Source: Candidatus Hydrogenedentota bacterium | GTDB taxonomy: Bacteria; Hydrogenedentota; Hydrogenedentia; Hydrogenedentales; SLHB01 | NCBI GenBank assembly: GCA_035450225.1 | Contig: DAOTMJ010000027.1 | Span: 2,631-66,630, forward strand | Direction: 5' to 3' | Length of the DNA stretch: 64,000 bases | Shown: positions 29,566-40,240 of the stretch, piece after piece | Layout of the letters: the number at the start of each line of letters is the position of its first letter | How positions within the stretch are numbered: the first letter of the stretch is position 1 | Program-made: the position numbers and the translations under genes | Notes under the pieces: model-generated | Seen by the model: only the letters and a program-made list of their open reading frames with translations | The model's database searches: none | Told to the model about the DNA's origin: nothing

Positions 29566-30729
29566 TCAATCCGTTTCGGGATGGATGATCACCTCGATCG
29601 GTTCCCGGATGCCCTGGACGGCCGCGTATTTTCGCAGACGGACCAAGTACGCGCTAGTCATGACGGTTCCGCGCGCGACAAGCGTCCTGCCCTGCGTGGT
29701 CAGGATGGGCGCGGCCAAGGTCGTGCCCGGTCCAAGGTCCTTGAATGCAATCGAGATGACCTTGCCCTTGTCGGCTTCCGGCGGCGCAACCACCGCGGGT
29801 ATTTTGGAAAACACGGCCAGCACGGCGGGATCGTATTTTTCCTCCTGGTCTTGCAGGGCCTTGACGCTGTCCATCCGCGACAATCCCCTGGATCGCAATT
29901 GAAGATAATCGGCGGCCACCTTCAGCACGCGGCTCCCCAGGGGGATTTCCTTGCCGGCCACGCGGTCGCGGGGAAAACCGGATCCGTCGAAATACTTGTT
30001 CTGATACATCACGATTCGGGCGACGTTTTCCAGCCGGGGAATGCGTTCGAGCAGTTCGGCCCCGATGGCGGGAACGCTTTCGACCGTCCGCTGTTCCTCA
30101 TCGTCGAGCGATTCGCCGCCGATGGCCTTCGTGAGAATTTCGGGCGGAAGGGCCAGCATGCCGATCTGGCACAGCATGGCCGCCAGTTCGATTTCCCATG
30201 TGTTTCCCATGCCCATTTTGGCGGTAATGGCCCGCGCCAAGTTGCGGAGATGCACGGAGCGACCGAATATTTCGGGATTGGCCCACGAGAGCACTTCGAT
30301 CAACAGTTCCGCCGTGCCCTGAAGCGTCCCCTCCAAGACCTCCTTCTCGGCGGTGACGAGGCGGTACTGCCGGATGGCGGCGATGAGCGACTCGCCCATC
30401 AGGGCGGCGGGGCACGGTTTTGTCAGAAAACGGAACACGCATCCCTCGTTGACGGCTTCCATGGCCAATTTGATATCGGCGTTGCCCGTCAACATGATTC
30501 GGACGGTGTCGGGCGCGATTTCGCGCACCTTTTTCAGAAATTCGATGCCGTTCATCAACGGCATGTGCATGTCGGCCACGACCACCGCGAAGGGGCCTTT
30601 TTCCTGGATTTCGCGCAGTCCGGCATGCGCGCCTTCCGCGGTGCGCACCCGCAGCACATGCTGTAGTTTCCGCTGGTACGCTTCAAGCACGTTCGCGTCG
30701 TCGTCCACAAAGAGCACACGTTCTTCCAC
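29566..30729 (-). CDS. Response regulator, REC + HDOD-like domain (degenerate HD)
   Basis: Likely GTG start at 30729 with a GAGAGGAGA RBS 2 nt after the upstream gene's stop. REC VLFVDDDANVL...VVADMHMPLMNG; the HDOD-like region has CQ in place of HD (AAMLCQIGML). Confidence 0.65.
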   Translation of the reverse strand: MEERVLFVDDDANVLEAYQRKLQHVLRVRTAEGAHAGLREIQEKGPFAVVVADMHMPLMNGIEFLKKVREIAPDTVRIMLTGNADIKLAMEAVNEGCVFRFLTKPCPAALMGESLIAAIRQYRLVTAEKEVLEGTLQGTAELLIEVLSWANPEIFGRSVHLRNLARAITAKMGMGNTWEIELAAMLCQIGMLALPPEILTKAIGGESLDDEEQRTVESVPAIGAELLERIPRLENVARIVMYQNKYFDGSGFPRDRVAGKEIPLGSRVLKVAADYLQLRSRGLSRMDSVKALQDQEEKYDPAVLAVFSKIPAVVAPPEADKGKVISIAFKDLGPGTTLAAPILTTQGRTLVARGTVMTSAYLVRLRKYAAVQGIREPIEVIIHPETD

Positions 30730-30731
30730 GG

Positions 30732-31943
30732 CTATTCGTCTCCTCTCTCGTCCATTTCCGCGCAGGCGTGTTCCCATTCGGGCAGGCGATCCGCCAGGCC
30801 CAGTCTTTCGAGGTACGCCAGGTCCACTTTCGAGGGGGGGCAGTTGAACAGTTCCTTGCGCCGCGCGAAGGCCAGCGCATCCGCGACATGGGTGGCGGCG
30901 AGAGGCGAGAAGGCATTTCCGATGGCGTCCATGGGCCGGTGATGAAACGCCACGGCCTCGACGATGGGATGCGGCAGCCCCCAGATGCCCAGCAGATAGG
31001 CGCCGACCTCGCCGTGCGTGCAGCCCAGCAAGGCTTTTTCGGCGGCCGCCAGCGGAAGGGACTCCGCGACGGCGCGATCGAAAACGCACGCGTAGTCCTC
31101 CGGGCAGGCGCTGGCCAGCACCAGTTCGCCCGTGTCGTGCAACAAACCCGCCGTGTAGGCGTCGTTTGCCGTTTCCTTGGGCGCCGATTCGGCGCGGCAG
31201 ATGGCCTGTACATAGGCGCCCACGATCATGCTGTGACGCCACAACGCGTCCAGCGAAAAGCCGCGGGGCAATTTCGCGCCTTCCAGCGGGGCGAAGAGGC
31301 CCGTGGTAAGAACCAACGCCCTGACCGTATTCAATCCAAGCAGGGAGACGGCCTGGGTGGCGCTGGCCACCTGCCGCCTGAGACCAAAGAAAGCGGAGTT
31401 GGCCAGTTGGAGTATTTTCGCGGTCATGGCCAAATCGGTCTCGATGATGCGGCCCACGTCCGCAATCGAACTGTCCGGCGATTTCAGCGCCTCGCACAGT
31501 TTCGCATAGACCCGCGGAACCGGCGGCAGCGCGCCGATCTGCGCCACGACGGCCTTCAGGGAATCGCTCGACAGCAATTCGCGCAGGGCAAAGGCCCTGT
31601 CCACGCACTCCTTCAACAGCGCCGGCTTGCAGGGCTTGCTGAGGAACTGGTGCGCTTCCCCCACCGACCGATAGAGGGTTTCGCTGTCCGACTGGCCGGA
31701 CAAGACGAAACGCAATGTGTCGGGATGGCGCTTCTTGACCTCGGCCAACAACCGGCTGCCATCCATGCCGGGCATGCGCATGTCGGTCACGACGACATCG
31801 AAATGACGGGCTTCGAGCTGTTCGAGCGCCTGCGCGCCGCTCCGGGCAAAGGCCATCTCCCATTCGCGCTGCATCGGAAACAGCATCCGTCGCAATCCAT
31901 CCAGCACGTTGGGCTCGTCGTCAACAAAGAGAATGCTTTTCAT
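30732..31943 (-). CDS. Response regulator, REC + HDOD domain
   Basis: MKSILFVDDEPNVL...VVTDMRMPGMDG receiver; HDOD with AGLLHDTGELVL. Confidence 0.8.
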   Translation of the reverse strand: MKSILFVDDEPNVLDGLRRMLFPMQREWEMAFARSGAQALEQLEARHFDVVVTDMRMPGMDGSRLLAEVKKRHPDTLRFVLSGQSDSETLYRSVGEAHQFLSKPCKPALLKECVDRAFALRELLSSDSLKAVVAQIGALPPVPRVYAKLCEALKSPDSSIADVGRIIETDLAMTAKILQLANSAFFGLRRQVASATQAVSLLGLNTVRALVLTTGLFAPLEGAKLPRGFSLDALWRHSMIVGAYVQAICRAESAPKETANDAYTAGLLHDTGELVLASACPEDYACVFDRAVAESLPLAAAEKALLGCTHGEVGAYLLGIWGLPHPIVEAVAFHHRPMDAIGNAFSPLAATHVADALAFARRKELFNCPPSKVDLAYLERLGLADRLPEWEHACAEMDERGDE

Positions 31944-32001
31944 GTCCGCCTCCCCGTTCGGATAAACCGGGAACCTTCAACGGCCGCGGCCGAAACAGGG
32001 T

Positions 32002-33126
32002 TCATTCGCCCTCTTCTCCGAATCGATCGTACACCTCCACAATATGGTTGTTTTCGTCGAGAAACGATTCGAGCATGCGCGGATCGAAGTGGCTTCCCTC
32101 GCCTTTTTGCAGGATGGCGACAGCCTCCTCGTTGCTCATGGCGGGTTTGTAGGGCCGTTTCGATCGCAGGGCGTCGTAGACGTCCACCAAGGCGACCATG
32201 CGCGCCTCGACGGGGATGTCCTCGCCGGCCAGCCCGTCCGGATATCCGGAACCGTCCCATTTCTCGTGATGGCTGCGCGTGATGACGGTGGCCATTTGCA
32301 GCAACGGGGACGGCAGCGCCTCGTCGTCCGTCGTATATCCGTTCGGGATGGCCTGCGCGGCCATCATGATGGATTTGGGCGGCTGCCGCAGAATGCTTTC
32401 GCCGATTTCCGTGTGAGTTTCAATCACGGCCCGCTCCTCCGGCGTCAAGGGGCCTTCCTTGAGCAGAATCTTATCCGGAACGCCTATTTTTCCGATATCG
32501 TGCAGCGGGCTGGTCAGAAAAAGCAATTCCGCGAACCCGCCGTTTCTTCCCATCCTCCGGGCAAGGATGTAGGAACACCACGCGACGCGCGCCACGTGAT
32601 TGCCGGTCTGGTCGTCGCGGAATTCGCCCGCCTTGGCCAGCCGCCACACGACCTCGCGGTGCGATTTTTCCAATTGCCGGGTGCGTTCGCGGACAAGGCC
32701 ATCCAGCACTTCGACCTGGTTCGCGAGATGATCCTCGAATTCCTTGATGCGGATTGCGCTTCGCAAGCGGGCGATCAGATCCTCGCGGCCCACGGGCTTG
32801 TTCAACAGATCGGTCGCGCCCAGATCGAGCACGCGCCGCTTCAGCGTCCGATCGCCTTCGCCGGTGAGGATGATGATGGGGATCCGGGATAATGCCTCGT
32901 CGCCGCGCACGGCCTCGAGGAGGGCGATGCCGTCCTTTTTGGGCATGCGTATGTCCGACACGATCACGTCGAACGCCTCGCGGCGCAGCGCGTCGAGCGC
33001 GTCGTCCACGCCGGTGCAAAAGACGCCTTCCCACGGCTCGCCGCACAGGTCCAGCAAACGCCTCAGGACTTCGAGCACGTTCGGTTCGTCGTCAACGAAC
33101 AAGAGTCTCTTTTTCCCTTTGGTCAT
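32002..33126 (-). CDS. Response regulator, REC + HD-GYP phosphodiesterase domain (c-di-GMP)
   Basis: LLFVDDEPNVL...VVSDIRMPKKDG receiver. HD-GYP motifs HDIGK and HHEKWDGSGYP. Confidence 0.85.
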   Translation of the reverse strand: MTKGKKRLLFVDDEPNVLEVLRRLLDLCGEPWEGVFCTGVDDALDALRREAFDVIVSDIRMPKKDGIALLEAVRGDEALSRIPIIILTGEGDRTLKRRVLDLGATDLLNKPVGREDLIARLRSAIRIKEFEDHLANQVEVLDGLVRERTRQLEKSHREVVWRLAKAGEFRDDQTGNHVARVAWCSYILARRMGRNGGFAELLFLTSPLHDIGKIGVPDKILLKEGPLTPEERAVIETHTEIGESILRQPPKSIMMAAQAIPNGYTTDDEALPSPLLQMATVITRSHHEKWDGSGYPDGLAGEDIPVEARMVALVDVYDALRSKRPYKPAMSNEEAVAILQKGEGSHFDPRMLESFLDENNHIVEVYDRFGEEGE

Positions 33127-33132
33127 ATTCCT

Positions 33133-34410
33133 TCACCCTTCGACAACGGGCAGCCGAATGATGAACGCCGTTCCTTTTCCGACCTCGCTTTCGACGGAAA
33201 GGGTTCCGCTGTGCTTGTTCACCACGACGTTCCGCGCGATGGCCAATCCCTGGCCGGTGCCCTTGCCCACTTCCTTGGTGGTGAAAAACGGATCGAAAAT
33301 GCGGTCGCGGAACTCGTCCGGTATGCCGGTTCCGGTGTCGGAAATGCGAATCTCCACCCAATCGCCGTCGCGACGGGTGCTAATCATGATTCGTCCCTTG
33401 GTTTCCGAACCGTCGCCGACAACGTCTGCGATAGCGTGCGCCGCGTTCACGATCAGATTGAGAAAGACCTGGTTGAGTTCGGCCGGCAGACACCAGACAC
33501 GGGGCAGACTCGGGTCCAGGTCCATTTCGAGATCGGCCACGTATTTCCATTCGTTGCGCGACACGGTGGCCGTGCTCTCGATACAGTGATTGATGTCCGC
33601 GAGGGTCTTCTCCGTCACGCCGGGATGCGAGAATTCCTTCATCGCCTGGACGATGGACGTGATCCGTCCGATGCCCTCGATGGACTGCGCGATGGCGCGG
33701 GGGATTTCGTTCGCAAGGTACTCGAAATGGGCCGTTTCATTCAGATCGCGGGCCTCGTTCAACAGATCCGGCGGCAGGGCGTCCGCCGCCGGCGATTCCA
33801 TCAGCCTGCGAAACAGGTTTATCAGGGCCACGATGTCCGCGTGGGCCGACTGGAGGAATTCGAGGTTGTCGCCCACGTATTGCGCGGGCGTGTTGATCTC
33901 GTGGGCGATGCCCGCGGCCAGGCGTCCCACCGATTCCAGTTTCTGCGCCTGGTTGAGGGCGCGTTCGAGTTGGAGGGCCGTACGCGTTTCGTCCGCCTCG
34001 GCTTCCATTTTCCGCGCGTGCCTGTGCGCGCGGCGGTATTCGCCGGCGCGGCGGATGGTGTGTTCGAGCAGATGCGGGTTGCAGGGCTTTTCGAGAAAAT
34101 CGAACGCGCCCAGTTTTACGGCCTTGACGGCGCGCGGAATGTCGCCCTTGCCCGTCAGAATGACGGGAACGGTGTCCGGATGTTTCCCGTGCATGGCGTC
34201 CAGCACCTGGAAACCGTCCAACTCCGGCATCTCGATGTCGAGCAGGGCCACGTCGAATTCCGCTTTGCCCATCGCCTCCATCGCGGCGGCGCCGTCGGAC
34301 ACGGTCTCGCACGCGAAACCCTTGCCCAAGAGTTCGCGCGCAACCAGTTTCAGCAGGTTCGGGTCATCGTCCGCGACGAGTACGCGGATCGCGTTGGTTT
34401 CAGCATCCAT
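33133..34410 (-). CDS. Response-regulator/histidine-kinase hybrid (REC-HisKA-HATPase)
   Basis: Start MDAETNAIRVLVADDDPNLL preceded by GGGAG. H-box IAHEINTP, N/G boxes, C-terminal GKGTAFIIRLP. Confidence 0.8.
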   Translation of the reverse strand: MDAETNAIRVLVADDDPNLLKLVARELLGKGFACETVSDGAAAMEAMGKAEFDVALLDIEMPELDGFQVLDAMHGKHPDTVPVILTGKGDIPRAVKAVKLGAFDFLEKPCNPHLLEHTIRRAGEYRRAHRHARKMEAEADETRTALQLERALNQAQKLESVGRLAAGIAHEINTPAQYVGDNLEFLQSAHADIVALINLFRRLMESPAADALPPDLLNEARDLNETAHFEYLANEIPRAIAQSIEGIGRITSIVQAMKEFSHPGVTEKTLADINHCIESTATVSRNEWKYVADLEMDLDPSLPRVWCLPAELNQVFLNLIVNAAHAIADVVGDGSETKGRIMISTRRDGDWVEIRISDTGTGIPDEFRDRIFDPFFTTKEVGKGTGQGLAIARNVVVNKHSGTLSVESEVGKGTAFIIRLPVVEG

Positions 34411-34575
34411 CTGCGGGATCTCCCATGGGGTTGTCCGGCAATCCGCGCGGCAGGCGGAAGGCCGGGAATTCAAGGGACGAACAGGACATCGGCGACCTGC
34501 CCCCGCGGAAGAAAAAAAACGGTACGGATGGCAGAAACGTAAACAACGTAGCAGAGGCTTCCATCTTCTTTTTGA

Positions 34576-34600
34576 ACGCGGCAAAGATGCCGCGTCTACG
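34576..34600. repeat. REP-like hairpin element, family B (ACGCGGCA-AAGA-TGCCGCGT + CTACG)
   Basis: Perfect 8-bp stem; intergenic between 33133..34410 and 34675..39129. Confidence 0.7.
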
Positions 34601-34674
34601 TTGAACACCCTTATATTCATCGTTCTTCCTGTTTACGACAAACCTCACACCAGCCGCCATCCACCAACTCCCGA

Positions 34675-37600
34675 CTACGGACTCCTACTCTCCAACAATT
34701 CCCTGATTTTCCGCAGCAGCGCCTCGGGCGAATACGGTTTCTGGATCAATTGTGTGCCGTCGTGCAGCACGAAGTTCGTGTGGACGGCGTTTACGCTGTA
34801 TCCGCTCGAAAAGAGGAACCGCAGGTCCGGATGGTCCTTGTGTAGCGCCTCGTAGAGTCCCTTGCCGCCGAGTTCCGGCATGACCACGTCCGCCAGCACG
34901 AGATCTATCTTTTCTTTGCTTTCGCGAAATACGCGGAGCGCATCCATGCCGTTGACCGCCGTCTGGACCGTGTACCCCGCTTTTTCGAGGATGCGCGCGG
35001 CGAGGTTGCGGACTATTTCGTCGTCTTCGGCCAGCAGGATGGTTTCGTTGCCGCCGCCGGCCCGCTGTTCGATCTTGGCGCCGATTTTCGAAGCCGCCCG
35101 TTCGACGATCGGCAGGTAGATCTTGAATGTGGAGCCCTTGCCCACTTCGCTGTACGTCTGGATCATGCCTTGGTGCTGCCGGACGATGCCGTAAACGGTG
35201 GCCAGTCCCAGCCCCGTGCCCTTGCCCAATTCCTTGGTGGTGAAGAACGGCTCGAAGATATGCTTTCGGGTCTCGGCTTCCATGCCGTGGCCGGTATCGG
35301 TGACGCTCAGCAGCACATACCGTCCCGGAACGGCCCATGCGTGCGTCGCGCAGTAGTCGCTGTCGAACACGACATTCTCCGTTTCGATGGTCAACTCGCC
35401 GCCGTCGGGCATGGCGTCGCGCGCGTTGACGCACAGGTTCATCAACACCTGCTCCATCTGGCCGCGGTCGGCGTGGACCGTGCCCAGGCGGTGACCGGGA
35501 ATAATGCTTAAGCGAATATGTTCGCCGATTACCCGGCGAATTATTTTCATGATATTTTCGACGACCTCGTTGAGGTCGAGGTCCTCCATTTCGAGGACCT
35601 GCCGGCGGCTGAAGGCCAGCAGTTGCCGGGTCAGGCCCGCGGCGCGTTCGGCGGCCTTGGCCACTTCCTCGGCGAATTCGCCCAGTCTGTCTCCCTCCGG
35701 CAGGTGGTCGAGTATCATCTGGTTGTATCCCACGATCCCCTGCAGGAGGTTGTTGAAATCGTGCGCCACGCCGCCGGCCAACTGACCCACCGCCTCCATC
35801 TTCTGCGCCTGTATCAACTGTTCCTGCATCTGTTTGCGATCGGTGATCTCGGCAATCATATGAATCGCGCCATTGAAACGGCCATCGGCATCCACAATCG
35901 GATCCACGGTGATTTCGTACCATGATGTGCCTATTTGCAATTCCATGGTTTCACGCCGCAGGCTTGTGCGTGCCCGAAGTATTGGGCATTCCGCAATTGG
36001 AGCGTCTGTGCCGTGGACGACGTCCCAGCAATGCTTGCCCGCCAATTCTTCGGGCTTCAGACCGAAAATCCGATAGGTAGGATTATTGCATCGCAGTATT
36101 TTTTGGGTGGAATCCAAAATCCAGATGGCGTCGTGGGTCGAATCGAAGGTCTTCTGCCATTGTTGGCCGATCCGGGCCGCCTCTTCTTCGGCGCGGACCC
36201 GGTTTACCGCTTCGGCCAGGATATCGGCCACCGCTTGCACGAAAAGCACATCGTCGTTTGTGAACGATCGCCGTTGCCGGGTATGCAGGCCGAGCACGCC
36301 CCAAGGTGCTTCCTGCTTGCCGATAATCACGCTGATGCCGCTGACCACTCCGTGATCGCGAAGCAGGGGCGGGCCCTTGAAACGCGTTTCCGAACGCAGA
36401 TCGTCCACAATGACGGGTGTTCTGCTCTTGAGCGTGAATCCGGCTTGCGAATCCAAGTCCGTTCCAACGGTGGCCTTTCCGACAAGCCCCTCCTTCCACC
36501 CGATTCCGGCGCGCAGCAGCAGTGCACGGCCATCGGGAAGCAATTCCAGGATTTTACTATATTCTGTTCCCACTATTTCGGCGAGTTGGACAACCGCCTT
36601 GTCGAACAACGATTGTAAGTCGTTGTTTTCCAAGGCGGCTTTGGCGAGTTTTGCCAAGGCGCGATGTTGTTGTTCCTGGACAAAAAGTTTTTCTTCAAGC
36701 CGCCTGCGGTCAACCATTTCCCCGATCAGGCGGGCCGAGGCTTCCAGCCGGCGCTTGGCCATCTCGATGATAAACGGGGGACGCGATTCATAGGCTTTGG
36801 CGCGTTCCAGCAATTCTTCATGGCTGACACCGTAGGCCGCGGCGAGTTCAGCCAGTTTCGCGGGATCGCGGGGCGGGTCGCCGTAGCCGACGTTGATGGA
36901 ACCGACAATTTCATCGCCGGCCTTTACCGGAACGGCGTACACGTGAATCCCGCCGGCGCATTCGATATCCACGGGGCCGCCGGATGCCATGGACGCCCGC
37001 GATGCGCTTTCCCAGCAGGATTCGTGGCATAGCCATTTGCCGCAAGCCAATGCGACGCGGTTGTCGTCCGTGCCGCACAGCTGCCGCGATGCGTTATCCA
37101 TGAATTGGCACCAACCAGAAGACAATATGCCCAGGGCATAATCGCCATTCTTCTCGTACACGGCCGCGGACGTGCCCAACAGATCCAGATATTCCGAAAC
37201 GATATCGAGCAGCATGTCCTTCCCCACGGACGACCGGATCAATCCGTTCTCGTTCAATTCGGTAAGATCCCCGTAGAGCGGCGCATACGGGTCGTCGGCC
37301 GTGGGGGGCTTTTTCGTCAGCAGCCATTCGATGCGGCGCAGGGCCTCTTCGCCGCGCACCGTTTCGGCCGATTTCCAGACCGCTTCCATCAGAAGGGTCA
37401 ATTCCAGGATGTCCGTTTCGGTGTAGTCCGTGGATTTGTTGGCAATACCGACCACGGCGACAATCCGGTCCTGGTGGAAAATGGGGACGGCCAGGAATCG
37501 CGTGAGCCTGACATGACCTTCGGGATAGCCCTTTTTCAAGGGGTGATCGGCCTGAAAATCGTTGACGAGGATCGGCTTCCGCTGGCGGACGGCCTCGCCC

Positions 37601-39129
37601 CAGATACCCGTCTTGTCCAGTTCGTAGCAGGTCTGGGGATTGATGACGGCGCATTCCTTCATCACATCCTTTGACCAGGTGTTTAGCTCGAACTGCCTGC
37701 GCTCCTCATCATAGAAGTAGATATATCCGATCTTGCTTTCGGTCAGGCCGATGGCCTTTTCCAGCGCATAATCGAGGAAATCCTGCCGGTTTTCGGCGCG
37801 ATATTGCAGAATGTCCGCCAGTACTTTCAGGCGCTGCATATTTCGTTGGTTCTGTTCCTCGACTCGTTCGCGCGTCCGGCGAATGGAGATCAAAGGCGCC
37901 AGGTAGGAAGCGACGGATTCCATCCGGCTTTCGTCGGTTTCATCGTATTCCGTCTCCTTGTTCGCCACGACAATCAATCCAAACAGTTCGTCTTCAAAGA
38001 AAATGGGAACCGCAATGCACCTCGTCAACGACACATGACCGGATGGCGGATGCAACGGCGCATTGGTTCGCAGGGTCCGTTTTTCCAACAGGGATTGCCC
38101 CCAAAGACCGCCCCATGCCGCGCGCGGAAACACGAAGGTTTTGTCCCGAACCTGGCAACAATCCCAAACATGACGGGTAAGCGAGGGACAGACCAGATCG
38201 CCGTTGTCGTTGATGTAACCGAACAAGCCCAGCGGGCTTCCTGTGTGCCGCAGGATTAGTTCCAGGACGTCCGCGTAGGCCTCGTCGCCCGGATGCGTCA
38301 ACAGGACGTCGGCAATGCCCTTTTGCAGGGCCAGTTCGGACAAGGTTTGCCGCAAGGTTTCTTCCGTCCGTTTTTTATCGGTGATGTCTAAAAATACGGT
38401 GGAAAAAAACCCTTTGGCCGGGCTTCCCGCGGTTATGGCGAGATGTTTTCCGATGGGAGGGAAAAAACTCTCGAAAGAAGCGGCTTCGCCCGTTTCCGCA
38501 ACACGTGTGTAGATATCGAGAAAGGGGGCCGATCCCGTTCCATACAGTTCGGAGGCCAGGGATCCCGCGGCGCGATCCCTGGACAGGCCGGTGATGCGTT
38601 CATAGGCGGGATTCACGTCGAGAATCCGGTAATCCACCGCCCGTCCGTCTTTGTAGACGATTTGGTCGAGGCAACAAGCAGCCGCCATGTTTTCGAAGAT
38701 AGCCCGGTACCGTGCCTCGCCTTCCCTTGAGAGGGCCATGATCCGGCCTTGTTCGAAATGCGACCGTATGCGGGCGACACATTCCCTGCCATCGAACGGC
38801 ATGGTGATGCAGTCCACCGCGCCCAAGCGAAATCCCTCTTCGATTTCCGCGGCCTCGATGTTGCGCCCGGCCGAAGCAAGGAACACAACGGGGATGTCGC
38901 GCGTTTCCTTGCGATTCTTCAGGCGGCGGCATACTTCGAGTCCGCTCATGTCCGGCAGGTCCGTTTCGATTGCCATCAGGCCAGGACTATACGTGGACGT
39001 TATCCGTAACGCTTCCTCCCCGCTGGATACTGTTTGCACCGAAAATCCTTCCGAAACAAGGATATTCGAGAGAAATTGCATCGGTTCCGAGTCGTGACCG
39101 ACGATCAGGATTGTATTTGCGTATGCCAT
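34675..39129 (-). CDS. Giant hybrid sensor histidine kinase (REC-PAS-GAF-GAF-PAS-HisKA-HATPase-REC), 1484 aa
   Basis: N-terminal REC ([11 protein letters not shown]...), multiple PAS/GAF-like blocks, [10 protein letters not shown]-box, HATPase [11 protein letters not shown], and C-terminal REC ([13 protein letters not shown]...[11 protein letters not shown]). Confidence 0.85.
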   Translation of the reverse strand: MAYANTILIVGHDSEPMQFLSNILVSEGFSVQTVSSGEEALRITSTYSPGLMAIETDLPDMSGLEVCRRLKNRKETRDIPVVFLASAGRNIEAAEIEEGFRLGAVDCITMPFDGRECVARIRSHFEQGRIMALSREGEARYRAIFENMAAACCLDQIVYKDGRAVDYRILDVNPAYERITGLSRDRAAGSLASELYGTGSAPFLDIYTRVAETGEAASFESFFPPIGKHLAITAGSPAKGFFSTVFLDITDKKRTEETLRQTLSELALQKGIADVLLTHPGDEAYADVLELILRHTGSPLGLFGYINDNGDLVCPSLTRHVWDCCQVRDKTFVFPRAAWGGLWGQSLLEKRTLRTNAPLHPPSGHVSLTRCIAVPIFFEDELFGLIVVANKETEYDETDESRMESVASYLAPLISIRRTRERVEEQNQRNMQRLKVLADILQYRAENRQDFLDYALEKAIGLTESKIGYIYFYDEERRQFELNTWSKDVMKECAVINPQTCYELDKTGIWGEAVRQRKPILVNDFQADHPLKKGYPEGHVRLTRFLAVPIFHQDRIVAVVGIANKSTDYTETDILELTLLMEAVWKSAETVRGEEALRRIEWLLTKKPPTADDPYAPLYGDLTELNENGLIRSSVGKDMLLDIVSEYLDLLGTSAAVYEKNGDYALGILSSGWCQFMDNASRQLCGTDDNRVALACGKWLCHESCWESASRASMASGGPVDIECAGGIHVYAVPVKAGDEIVGSINVGYGDPPRDPAKLAELAAAYGVSHEELLERAKAYESRPPFIIEMAKRRLEASARLIGEMVDRRRLEEKLFVQEQQHRALAKLAKAALENNDLQSLFDKAVVQLAEIVGTEYSKILELLPDGRALLLRAGIGWKEGLVGKATVGTDLDSQAGFTLKSRTPVIVDDLRSETRFKGPPLLRDHGVVSGISVIIGKQEAPWGVLGLHTRQRRSFTNDDVLFVQAVADILAEAVNRVRAEEEAARIGQQWQKTFDSTHDAIWILDSTQKILRCNNPTYRIFGLKPEELAGKHCWDVVHGTDAPIAECPILRARTSLRRETMELQIGTSWYEITVDPIVDADGRFNGAIHMIAEITDRKQMQEQLIQAQKMEAVGQLAGGVAHDFNNLLQGIVGYNQMILDHLPEGDRLGEFAEEVAKAAERAAGLTRQLLAFSRRQVLEMEDLDLNEVVENIMKIIRRVIGEHIRLSIIPGHRLGTVHADRGQMEQVLMNLCVNARDAMPDGGELTIETENVVFDSDYCATHAWAVPGRYVLLSVTDTGHGMEAETRKHIFEPFFTTKELGKGTGLGLATVYGIVRQHQGMIQTYSEVGKGSTFKIYLPIVERAASKIGAKIEQRAGGGNETILLAEDDEIVRNLAARILEKAGYTVQTAVNGMDALRVFRESKEKIDLVLADVVMPELGGKGLYEALHKDHPDLRFLFSSGYSVNAVHTNFVLHDGTQLIQKPYSPEALLRKIRELLESRSP

Positions 39130-39334
39130 GAAAAAAGCCTTTCCCTTGGAACGCCTTTCATAAGCACGTAACGGTTGAAGTCCAGTTTGTTGCGAAAAGG
39201 GATCCCCGGAAAATAGGCGATCGCTTCTTCCGTGAAGTAACCGCGATCCTCGATTTCATGGGTGGTAATGCAGAAGACGGCTATAGCGTTGTGAACAGGC
39301 GCCGTTGTCGCGTCGGGCCGCCGCACGGGATCGA

Positions 39335-40240
39335 TCATGGCCGGTTCTCCGCGAGGCGCAGGGCGTTGCGTCCGGCGAGGGCGCTGCGCGCGGCGTCGAG
39401 GAGGGGTTTCATGCGGATCGGTTTCGCCAGCACGAACAGGGGCGAATAGTTCATCGTTTGGTCCATCAATTCGCTGTCCGGATAACCCGTGACGACGATG
39501 ACCGGCAAGGTGTCGTCGAGTTCGCGAATCGCGCGGATGACCTGCACGCCGGAGCCGCCCGGCATGACGAGATCCACGAACGCGATGTCGGGCGCTTCCC
39601 GTTTCATTTCCGCGATGGCCTCGTCGGCCGTGGCCGCCGGGACGACCCGGCAGCCGGCCTGTTCGAGCAGAGTCGTGAACGCCTTGCGGATCGCCTCCTC
39701 GTCGTCCACGACCAGTGCGCGGGGCGGGCGGGCGGCCAGCCGATCCCCCGCCTTGCGCCAGAGCGCCGGAACCCGCCCGTCGGCGGCGCCGGCGTCCTCC
39801 GGAGGCGGCGCTAAATCCCCGTTGTCCGTTGCGTCGTCCTCGCCGGCGATGCCGGGGCTGAGATAGTTTTCTCCGGCCCGGATCGTTTCCAAAGCCGCCG
39901 GCAGTTCCTCGAAGGCGCGGTCTTCGATCATGAAACCCGACGCGCCCGCCATGAAGGCGCGCAACGCGAGACGGCTGTCGTTGTGCCGCGAAATCACGAG
40001 GATCCTCGTGGCCGGCGACCGTTCGACGAGCGCCCGTATGGACGGCACAAGGTTTGCCCGGGCCATTCCGTGGGACAGAATCACCATGTCCGGATGTTCC
40101 TGTTCCGTTAGACGCAGCATCTCGCCGGTTTCGTTCACGGTCCACTTCAGGTCGAAGCCCGCGTGATGTTCGATGGCGCCGTGCATCGTTTCGGCGGACG
40201 CGCCGGCGAAGAGCAGTTTACAGGTCGCTTGGGTTGTCAT
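39335..40240 (-). CDS. Tandem receiver protein (pseudo-receiver + canonical REC)
   Basis: Start MTTQATCKLLF. The first domain is REC-like but lacks the acidic pocket; the second has ALVVDDEEAIRKAF...DIAFVDLVMPGGSG. Confidence 0.6.
   Translation of the reverse strand: MTTQATCKLLFAGASAETMHGAIEHHAGFDLKWTVNETGEMLRLTEQEHPDMVILSHGMARANLVPSIRALVERSPATRILVISRHNDSRLALRAFMAGASGFMIEDRAFEELPAALETIRAGENYLSPGIAGEDDATDNGDLAPPPEDAGAADGRVPALWRKAGDRLAARPPRALVVDDEEAIRKAFTTLLEQAGCRVVPAATADEAIAEMKREAPDIAFVDLVMPGGSGVQVIRAIRELDDTLPVIVVTGYPDSELMDQTMNYSPLFVLAKPIRMKPLLDAARSALAGRNALRLAENRP

Noticed and set aside
39105-40145. 346-aa ORF overlapping the tandem-receiver gene in another frame
   Set aside because: Arg/Gly/Pro-rich artefact. 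The 39335..40240 frame encodes recognisable receiver motifs.
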